NCBI GenBank assembly: GCA_951406725.2
Contig: OX597823.1
Location: forward strand, 19,840,001 to 19,904,000
Source: Octopus vulgaris
Taxonomy: Eukaryota
DNA length: 64,000 nucleotides
Reading direction: 5' to 3'
Positions 54,047 through 64,000 of the stretch are shown here, one piece after another. Under the pieces are notes generated by a model. That model was not told the origin of the DNA, did no database searches, and worked only from the letters and a program-made list of their open reading frames with translations. Within the stretch, counting starts at the first letter, position 1. The number at the start of each line of letters is the position of its first letter. The position numbers and the translations under genes were made by a program.

Positions 54047-54529
54047 CCTTCTTTTTTCTGTCGAGGGCCTATATGCTTCTTTATTAGACTATTTTCCTTA
54101 GTCATTGCACGGTGATCGCCATAAGCCTTAAGCTTATATAAAAGTACCACAATTATCATTTACAGGATTGTAAAAAGACCGCCGTATAAAAAGTCATTCG
54201 CACCGAAAGCAGAAAGCAAGTTTGTTTACGTAAAAACAAATACGAACTAATATAGTTCTTAAATCTTGACAGAAGGAGGGAGACTGGTTCGCTGGTGCAA
54301 AGATAACACACTTAGTCGCGTAAACAAATTGATGTGGCTTCGCGTCACACGCAGATTGGAAATCCTTCTTTTCCTCCCGGGGGCTTACATGCCCCATTAT
54401 TAGACTATTTTTCTTAGTCATTGCATGGTGATCATCATAAGCTTTAAGCTTATATAAAAATACCATTATTATTATTTACAGGATTGTAAATTACGTCGCA
54501 GTATAACAAAATTGTTCGCACCGAAAGCA
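54047..54529. repeat. Diverged direct repeat (about 165 bp, period about 317) between TA tracts
   Basis: TTATTAGACTATTTT...TTCGCACCGAAAGCA occurs twice. Confidence 0.75.
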
Positions 54530-54552
54530 TATATATATATATATTATATATA

Positions 54553-55300
54553 CACAGGGCGCGGTGAATAAACTGTCGTCTAAATTACGCAAAATTGAAA
54601 ATGACACTGACAACTCATTTTAAGAGATATATAGCAGAATTACATAAAAATGTCTTGAAATATTAAAGAGTAAATTTATTCAATAAAATCGTCACTGGCT
54701 TGAACCACGACCTCTAAACGACTTCGGAATCTCTTGCAACTCTTCTGGAGGGTCTCCTTCTTTAAGTTGGTGAATGCTGCCATAATCCTTGCCTTCAATT
54801 TATATTTGGTGTAACAAGGAGTTTGGTGGTCTCCCTCTCAAATGCGCCCACACATAATAATCAACGGGGTTGCAGTCTGGAGAGTTAGGGGAGTTAGGTG
54901 GCCAAATATTAGGAGTGATGTGGTCGCAGAAATTGTCTGACCTCCATGATTAGGTTCTCCTGCTTGTGTGACATGGTGCAGAGTTCTGTTACCAGATATA
55001 GGGTCATCCAGCAACCACCCTCTTCACTCAGGGCAGTAATACCTCCCCCAGGCACTTGATGTAGGCCCCCGTGTTGAGTGTGAGGCTGTGTGGGAAGATG
55101 AATGGAAGCATAACATCACCATCACTAGTGATCACTCCAAACACCATGGTGTTAACTGGATGTTTGATCTTTATCACTCTCGGTACATGTCCTCAGATTA
55201 ACACCCAGACATTCTGCAATGTTCGTATTAGAGCTTCCGGCGCGAATGCCAAGCAGTACAGCATGTCGTTTCCAAATTTCTGGCAGAGTGAATTGCGTCA
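54553..55300 (-). mobile_element. Tc1/mariner-superfamily transposon relic (DD37D/maT-like)
   Basis: Reverse strand encodes VFGVITSDGDVMLP and IWPPNSP(NSP)DCNPVDYYVW; TIR-like CAGGGCGCGGTGAATAAA next to TA repeats. Confidence 0.75.
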
Positions 55301-56032
55301 TGGTGCTGAAGGCCAAATAGAGACAGAGAGAATACTAGGTAAGGTTTAAGTTAGATAAAGAGAGGTAAGTGAACACACGATAAGTGGGAAAGATAATTAT
55401 ACCTTTTGGCCTTCTGGAAAAGAGGATATCGACAAACTAGAAAATAGGAAAAACTCGAGCGACCATTAAACCACTGAAATATTATATTAATAATAACGTA
55501 AGCATAGCTCGCTATGGCTTATCTCTTATCTCTTAGTCTGTAAACTCTAGTGCACATAATATATAATACGTATGTATATGCATATATTTTTGTATGATGA
55601 AAAGAAAAGAAATTATATATATATATTAGTGTATGTTTATGTGTATGTATGTATATACATATGCAAGTGTTTGTTACCTATATATATATGTATGCAGAAG
55701 AAGACTGAAGTTTCTATATTAACTGTATGATATATGAATATACTGACATTGTTTGTAAAATTAATGTGCTTGCATCTTTCATAAACATCTGTCTATATAT
55801 TATACTATATTTATTATACTATATTCTATGTTTTATATTTCATTTACTATGTATTGTGAATAGCAGAATGCACATAATCTAATATTGATATTAATAATAA
55901 TAATAATAATATTGGTATTGTAATGAACATTGTATATGTACTCATGAATATGGATGTATATGTATATTCCAGTATATATTATTAATTATCTATAACCTTA
56001 TGTGTATGTATATTTTTATATATATACTTATA

Positions 56033-56077
<45 letters not shown>

Positions 56078-56149
56078 TTATGTATATATATATATCCAAA
56101 TGTGTGTGTATTTTGTTTCATATTTATATTTTTATAATTGTACTTTATA

Positions 56150-56276
56150 ATCTCTGATGAGGCCTTGAAATATATATATAAGTACCTCATTTTTAACTGC
56201 ATATTACCTCAATACATTTGACTAATACAGGTAGAATGAGATACTTTTATCTATAGGCTGAAACAGCTGTAAGGAT
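56150..56276 (+). ncRNA. Type I hammerhead with about 90-nt stem II insert (homologue of 47341-47467)
   Basis: ATCT-CTGATGA-GGCCT...AGGCT-GAAA-CAGCTG-TA-AGGAT. Confidence 0.75.
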
Positions 56277-56437
56277 CATTTTACGTGCATTATTCTTATG
56301 GTATTATTAATTTGCATACTGATGTATATTGTTTTGTTCGATTTGGATGTTCCTACTTATATAGTTGATAAATAATATGAAATGGTAATATCTGTAAGTT
56401 GATGATTGAAATGAATTTGTTTCTCCATTTTCTTATT

Positions 56438-56541
<104 letters not shown>

Positions 56542-57205
56542 ATTTTTAAAACGTTAGACAGGCCTAGAGCCAGAAAAAAGTAATGATGTTTATTTAGTGA
56601 ATACGATTGACAGAGAATACAACAGAAAGGTATAGCTAGAATATAAAAGAAAGGCCAGAAAATTTGTTAATAGAGACAGAGAGAATACTAGGTAAGGTTT
56701 AAGTTAGATAAAGAGAGATAAGTGAACACACGATAAATGGGAAAGATAATTATACCTTTTGGCTTTCAGGAAAAGAGGATATCGACAAACCAGAAAATAG
56801 GAAAAACCCGAGGCACCATTAAAGCAGTCAGAGCTAAAAAGAATGATTATCTTGAAAATGAGGTCTTTTGAAGAACTTCTATGGGAATAACAGTCAGAAA
56901 GGGTCATGCATGCAAAAATGGATTATATACCGCACATGCAGGCAAAAATTAATGATAATAAAAATAGCATAACCACAAAAATAATGTTAATATTATTGAT
57001 ATTAATAGCAACAGGGCTGTGAATTACGATACTCGTTAGTACATAGGATAAAATACATGGCGGTATTTATCAAAATTTATTTCACACATCCGGGGCCAAT
57101 GTAATCAAGTATATACTGGCCCCCAAATTTGATCCGTTGTGCCTATGTTAATAATCAATAATAACAAAATAAAAAAAAAATAATAGCCAATAATAAACTA
57201 TTGTC

Positions 57206-58034
57206 GCACTCTGTCGGTTACGACGACGAGGTTCCAGTTGTGTTCGATCAACGGAACAGCTTGCTCATGAAATTAACATGCAAGTGGCTGAGTACTCCAC
57301 AGACACGTGTACTCTTAACGTAGTTCTCGGGTAGATTCAGCGTGACACAGAGTGTTACAAGGCTGGCCCTCTGAAATTAGGAGGAAGCACTCCGTCGGTT
57401 ATGACGATGAGGGTTCCGGGTGATCCGAATCAACGGAACAGCCTGCTCGTGAAATTAACATGCAAGTGGCTGAGTACTCCACAGACACGTGTACTCTTAA
57501 CGTAGTTCTCGGGGAGATTCATTGTGATACAGAGTGTGACAAAGCTGGCCCTTTGAAATACAGGTACAACAGAAACAGGAAGAAAGAGTGAGAGAAAGTT
57601 GTGGTGAAAGAGTACTGCAGGGTTCACCACCAGCCCCTGCCGGATCCTCGTGGAGCTTTAGGTATTTTCGCTCAATAAACACTCACGCCCGATCTGGGAA
57701 TCGAAACCGCGAGTCCGCTGCCCTAACCACTGAGCCATTGCGCCTCCTCTTGGATTATAAAACAACATAAAATCTATCTACGCTGTTACAGGAACAAAAA
57801 ATAAACAACAGCAAAAAAAAAAAAAGCAACAGGTACAACAGAAGCAGGATGAAAGAGTGAGAGAAAGTTGTGGTGAAAGAATACAGCAAGGTTCGCCACC
57901 AGCCCCTGCTGGAGCCTCGTGGAGCCTTAAGTGCTTTCGCTCAATAAACATCCACTACGCCCGGTCTGAGAATCGAAACCGCGATCCTATGACCGCGAGT
58001 CCGCTGTCTTAACCACTGGGCTACTGTGCCTCCA
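57206..58034 (-). mobile_element. SINE family B copy split by a second family B copy that carries foreign flank (57380-57830)
   Basis: Outer copy breaks at ...CTGAAAT (~57378) and resumes at AGGTACAACAG (~57831). Confidence 0.8.
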
Positions 58035-58498
58035 CAATAAACTATATAACTTAAATAATACTGTAAGGGTGTGTGACATTCTGATCTTGTTTAACCTTGG
58101 CTATTAATAATAATTTGACCCGATACTCGTCCTTATGCAATTACGCATTCTTGCTTGAGAAACTTTTCACATTGACAATCAATAAATAGGTCACGTTTTA
58201 CTCGCCTCTTCAACCTCGCTTATTACTTTTTTTCATAGTCGTTGAGGCGCCGTCGTCACTAATCCACCACGCCACAGCCACGACGACCACGACCACCATC
58301 ACTCGCTATGAGCCAATGAAAGAACTGCTACAGAACCACTTGACCTGCTAAAAATATAAACAAGATCCTTCTCAAATTGAATCTCACCTCATTACAAAAG
58401 AAGGGTCACAGGACGTATTCTATATGCTCACATATATATTTATATATGATATATATGATATGTATGATATATATGATACATACATATATATATATATA

Positions 58499-58886
58499 CT
58501 AGCGGTATCGCCCGGTGTTGCTCGGGTTTGTAAGGGAAATAACTATATAAGCATTTTTAGAGAGTTATAGCCAAAAAATGCATTAAAAATGGAAAAAAAA
58601 ATGATGGTAAATTTTTTTTTAAATCGTTGAATCATCGTAGACATTTTTAGAGAGTTACTTCCCTTATATAATAGCGAAAAAATGCATTAAAATGGAAATA
58701 AATGATGGTAATTTTTTTTTAAATTCGTAGACTCATCGTAGACGCGCGCTAATACCCAGAAGGGCTCGATATGAATCACGACTATAAGATACCCGGTTTT
58801 GGTTAAACTGCACCGCAAAATGTGGGAGTAGTTAGGAATCTAAATCGTAGGAGACAGACACACAACTTGACTTTTATATATAAAGA
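58499..58886 (-). mobile_element. Non-autonomous Helitron, second copy
   Basis: Reverse complement of 41228-41618 with TC/CTAG ends, inserted at an AT in a TA tract. Confidence 0.88.
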
Positions 58887-58914
58887 TATATATATATATA
58901 TACATACATACACA

Positions 58915-59420
58915 TACAGGGTTATTCAAAAAGAAAGCAGATTTCAATTTTAATTTTATAACAAACAGTAAGAGACACAAACACATTCTACATATTTCTT
59001 GATAGGGAAGGGTTAATTTTAATTTTGTTTTAATGTTTCATTTTGTTCATTTAATTTGAAGTTGTGTAATTTTCATTTGTGTAATCCCTTAGAAAATGGC
59101 GACGCTACAAGAAAATTCTTTTTGTGTGCTGCAGTTTTAGAAATGCGAATCGATTGTGCAAGTGCAACGTGAATTTCGCCGCCAATTCAATAAAAAAAAT
59201 CCACCTTGTCACAAGCAAATTTACGAATGGCATAAACATTTCACAGAAAAAAGTTTCGATGTTTGTCGAGCAACACATGGTGCTCATGTTGAGTGCATAC
59301 TGTCTTATAATAAACTTCAAACCTTCTCCTGTCAAGAAATATGAAGAATTTGTTTGAGTCTCTTACCGTTTGTTTAAAAATAAAATTTAAATCTACTCTT
59401 TCTTTTTGAATAAGCCTGTA
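58915..59420 (+). mobile_element. Tc1/mariner-superfamily deletion derivative with N-terminal HTH remnant
   Basis: TIRs TACAGGGTTATTCAAAAAGAAAG and CTTTCTTTTTGAATAAGCCTGTA; remnant MATLQENSFCVLQF*KCESIVQVQREFRRQF...IYEWHKHF resembles a DUF4817-type transposase N-terminus. Confidence 0.8.
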
Positions 59421-59421
59421 T

Positions 59422-59490
<69 letters not shown>

Positions 59491-59505
59491 TATGTATATA
59501 TATAT

Positions 59506-59717
59506 TACTTGTTTCAGTCATTTGACTGTGGCCATGCTGGAGCACCGCCTTTAGTCGAGAAAATCGACCCCAGGACTTATTCTTTGCAAGCCTAGTACTT
59601 ATTCTATCGGTCTCTTATGCCGAACCGCTAAGTTACGGGGACGTAAACACACCAGCATCGGTTGTCAAGCGATGTTGAGGGGACAAACACAGACACACAA
59701 ACATATACTCACACACA

Positions 59718-59775
<58 letters not shown>

Positions 59776-59856
59776 CACGGGCTTCTTTCAGTTTCCGTCT
59801 ACCAAATCCATGTGGTTCGTAAGCAAGCTACTTACCACACAGCCACTCCTACGCCT
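59506..59856 (-). mobile_element. SINE family C with internal deletion
   Basis: Similar to 31403-31829. Confidence 0.85.
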
Positions 59857-59946
59857 ATATATATATATATATATATATATGAGTATGTGTCTATATATGT
59901 GTTTATATGTATGTTTGTGTGAATGCATGTATATATAAGTAAAGGT

Positions 59947-60004
<58 letters not shown>

Positions 60005-60436
60005 CGAGAAGTTTAGTTCACTTGTGATCTAAACGAATAGGTACGCTGGGTAAGTGCTATAGTTGATCGACCATTAGGTTCCAAAATGACAGCTAAGCTT
60101 GGATCTAGGGATCCGTGTTAGGGTTCCGTTATAGCAGGTATATCTTATATTAGAGGAAAAAGCAAACCCAAAGCAGAACAAGTATCTCAATTCATTTAGA
60201 ATAATTTGAGGAGGATAAAGTGAATATGAAGCCTTACATCTGTTTCTAAGATAACCAAAGTGGTAGTTTAGCATGTCCACGCACTGGGTATTCGGTCATT
60301 AGAAACAAAGTATGAATATTTTAGACGTAAAATTTACAGTTTTATGATTTAGTATATCATTGTTGAATTGCTACATGGTGGTTCTTCTCTAATTTATATA
60401 CATACATACATACATACATACATACATACATACATG

Positions 60437-60496
<60 letters not shown>

Positions 60497-60588
60497 GTAA
60501 TGGTAAGACAACAAAAGAATGAAAGAGACCTCGATATTATGTACATAGAGGAATATATATATATATTCACAGTTTTATCTCTAATTTA

Positions 60589-60669
<81 letters not shown>

Positions 60670-61145
60670 GGGGGGAAAGTAAAAAAATATACAAACTGGG
60701 ACAAGAACGTGAAACATTAGGAGACGACACAAAAAACACGGACGGGATATTCGAAGCTTTCAATCTTCAGTCAAGAACCGGATCATCTTCGCAATTTCGG
60801 CTGATTAATCTTAAGATTGCTCCGACCTGGGCAGCCCCAAAGGAAAATCTAAGCCAAGCGCATTAGATTTCTTGGAAGAAAGCCTCGAATGTATACAAAA
60901 CAAGGACGGAAAACGGACGATGTTACACGAATAAAAATACAAAAATACGTAAAAACAATAATGATAATAATAACAACAAAACCAGTACGTCAAGGACAAA
61001 TACTCACACACACATACACACATATTTTTGGCTCGCAATAGCCAGTTCTTTTGGTCAAACTATCGAATCTCCAGCTGCTTCAGATGAAAACGGAATGGTG
61101 AAAAAAGTAACTTTTGGGACTTACGACACTTTTGCATCATAGCAA

Positions 61146-61224
<79 letters not shown>

Positions 61225-61796
61225 TATTCGTCAAGAATAACTATTGTTTCTTTCAAAAGCGACAAAAAGTTAGTAGGACTGCAATAAAGAAGTCCTCAAA
61301 TAAATGAGGCAATGATAATTAAACATTGGTCATAGAACAAACATTAAAATGAGCTAGCGACTATATATACGGTATCAAACTTACAACATACATCATATAT
61401 GAATAAATATTTTCACGGCTTTCATAATTTATAAATCAAAATATAAAATATATAAGACGTACAAATACAGAAAACCACCAGAGGTAAAAATATACATATA
61501 TGCGACGTCCCTATCCCCCACGTATAGGGACGTCCCTACAAAAGACGGCTAAAAATTTATAAAATACTTTAAATTACTAAAATTATATGATGCTGAAAAA
61601 GTTGAGAAATCGGGTAAACAAATAAATAATAAATCGACTAAAAAGTTATATTTACTTCACTCACACCAAAAGGTAATAATCCATGAGCAATTTTTTTCTA
61701 CTCAAAAATACGTCCAACCACTTAAATTAAACACATCAACTATGGCCATTTCGGGAGCACATCACCTTAGATAGCAATTGATGCATATTATATATA

Positions 61797-61842
<46 letters not shown>

Positions 61843-62008
61843 AGGCGTAGGAGTGGCTGTGTGGTAAGTAGCTTGCTTACCAACCACATGGTTCCGGGTT
61901 CAGTCCCACTGCGAGGCACCTTGGGCAAGTGTCTTCTACTATTGCCTCGGGTCGACCAAAGCTTTTTGAGTGGATTTGGTGGATTGAAACTGAAAGAAGC
62001 CCATTGTT

Positions 62009-62059
<51 letters not shown>

Positions 62060-62228
62060 ATGTTTGTGTGTCTGTGTTTGTCCCCTCAACATCGCTTGAC
62101 AACATCGCTTGACAACCGATAGTATAAGTACTAGGCTAACAAATAATATGTCTTGGGATCGATTTGCTCAACTAAAGGTGGTGCTCCAGCATGGCCACAG
62201 TCAAATGACTGAAATAAGTAAAAGAGTA
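61843..62228 (+). mobile_element. SINE family C
   Basis: AGGCGTAGGAGTGGCTGTGTGGTAAG head, CCTTGGGCAAGT core, AAGTAAAAGAGTA tail. Confidence 0.85.
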
Positions 62229-62399
62229 TATATATATATATATATATATATAACATATATATACATATATATATATGTACAAACGCATTCTAATGTCCCG
62301 TACAGGATCGAGAATTTCGTCTTCATTCCGACATACTCAAGTAGGCGAAAGGTGAAAATAAATAATTTGGATGGGTTTCACCAGAACTAGACACCTGCT

Positions 62400-63760
62400 G
62401 GATGATGGCATGCGTTTTGCTACAGGGAGATGATTTCCTTCTAGAAATTAAGAAGCAACGTCAAATTAGAAAATATGGACAAAATTCTGAATTTTATGGA
62501 ACACCGAAATGGACACCAGTTGTATATTACATTGGGAGGAAAAGTGCCTAGGTGCTATATATGTGGCTGCACCAACCACCTGAAGATTCTCTGCACAACA
62601 TCAAAGGGGAGCAGAAGAAAGGACTCCAGTTCATCCTACCCCACACCAAGAGCAACATCAACAAAACGTACAACAGCAAAAGCTGCAGTAAAACCGAAAT
62701 AAAGAGTAACAACAGGAACTAAAACTGAATCAGCTACGATAGCAGCAACAGCGGCAGGCACACCCAGATAAACAACAAATTCCAATAGTAAACCCATCTC
62801 CACCCCCAAAAAAAAATTCTTACTACTGCTTTCACATCTGCCACACACGAACACACACATAGTCATGGAAGCACTCCGTCGGTTACGACGACGAGGGTTC
62901 CTGTTGATCCGAATCAACGGAACAGCCTGCTCGTGAAATTAACGTGTAAGTGGCCGAGCACTCCACAGACACGTGTACCCTTAACGTAGTTCTCGGGGAT
63001 ATTCAGCGTGAGACAGAGGGTGACAAGGCCGGCCCCGTGAAATACAGGTACAACAGAAACAGGAAGTAAGAGTGAGAGAAAGTTGTGGTGAAAGAGTACA
63101 GCAGGGATCACCACCATCCCCTGCCGGAGCCTCGTGGAGCTTTTAGGTGTTTTCGCTCAATAAACACTCACAACGTCCGGTCTGGGAATCGAAACCGCGA
63201 TCCTATGACCGCGAGTCCGCTGCCCTAACCACTGGGCCATTGCGCCTCCACCACATAGTCATAGGCTCACCAACACAATAATACTACATACATCCTTAAG
63301 TCAAGGATCTCATCGAATGACGAAATCAAACCAAGAAAGCAAAAGTAACCAAACCGGAGAGGTCTGTGATGGTAGGAAGAGAAAGTCAGGAGAAACGAGA
63401 CACCCCAAGATGAATGCAGGTTTATTTAAAGAGACAGAAGACGTTCTCAAAACCTAGGGAGACTCACGAAAATGGGTACAGTGGACAGAACAACGCTTAG
63501 CATGCTTTTTTGGGGTTGAGAACAACAGTTGAGAGATGAACCTTGCTCTTCATGACTAAGGTGATCACGAGTCTGTCGGGGTTCCCTGATTATACCCATT
63601 TAAGGTTCTCGCTGAATCAGCACTGTATTTGTATACCACAAATACTTTTTGTCACATTCTGTTTTCCCATCACCCCCTTATTCCGTTTTATGTAAATTTC
63701 ACATATATTTTTGTTATTCCCTTCCACCTAATATCCCTGTAACAAATAAAAAGATATTAT
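62400..63760 (+). mobile_element. Non-LTR retrotransposon ORF1 (gag-like) relic with CCHC zinc knuckle, interrupted by a SINE
   Basis: LYITLGGKVPRCYICGCTNHLKILC fits C-x2-C-x4-H-x4-C; AATAAA-containing tail near 63746. Confidence 0.6.
62867..63251 (-). mobile_element. SINE family B, full length, with 11-bp TSD
   Basis: CACATAGTCAT at 62856-62866 and 63252-63262. Confidence 0.9.
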
Positions 63761-63765
63761 TATTC

Positions 63766-63975
63766 GCAGAATCGTTTAGCGCGTCGGGCAAAATTGCTTA
63801 GCAGCATTTCTTCCGCCGATTTTTTTTCTGAGTTGAAATCATGCAATGGTCAACTTTGCTTTTTATGCCTACGCGGTCGATGAAACAAAGCACCAGGCAA
63901 GTACAGAGGTCAATGTAATCGACTTGCCTCCTCCTCCTCTCAAATTTGTTGGCCTTGTGCCAAATTAGAAAAAGA
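63766..63975 (+). mobile_element. Diverged SINE family A
   Basis: GCAGAATCGTTTAGC head and degenerate body. Confidence 0.65.
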
Positions 63976-64000
63976 AACATTTCTTTTATTGTTATTTGAA

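Noticed and set aside
60720-60860. Hammerhead in the TA-flanked element (GCCGAAATTGCG and CTGAAGATTGAAAG on the minus strand)
   Set aside because: Core halves are in the wrong order or lack stems; at most a decayed relic

Overview
AT-rich, microsatellite-saturated eukaryotic (animal) DNA with no confidently identifiable host gene, rRNA or true tRNA. The repeat landscape (tRNA-derived SINE families, (TA)n/(ATGT)n/(AAT)n arrays) most resembles an Octopus/coleoid cephalopod genome; this is an inference. Most long ORFs in the track are translated microsatellites. Real coding remnants all derive from transposons: two Penelope-like elements (RT and GIY-YIG), R4/Dong-type RLE LINE relics in (AAT)n, mariner, Tc1 and DD37D-like transposase fragments, and a CCHC ORF1 relic. 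There are also non-autonomous Helitrons, several MITEs and dozens of SINE copies, often nested with clear TSDs. The main hidden signal is about 10 type I hammerhead-ribozyme motifs in small non-coding elements inserted in (TA)n tracts. These include a near-identical 1.65-mer of a 561-nt unit with one hammerhead per unit (44071-44997, retrozyme/circular-RNA-like), hammerheads with a ~90-nt structured insert in stem II, and a recurrent CCGACGA core variant with compensatory stem changes. All coordinates and structures were read by eye; family names need database confirmation.
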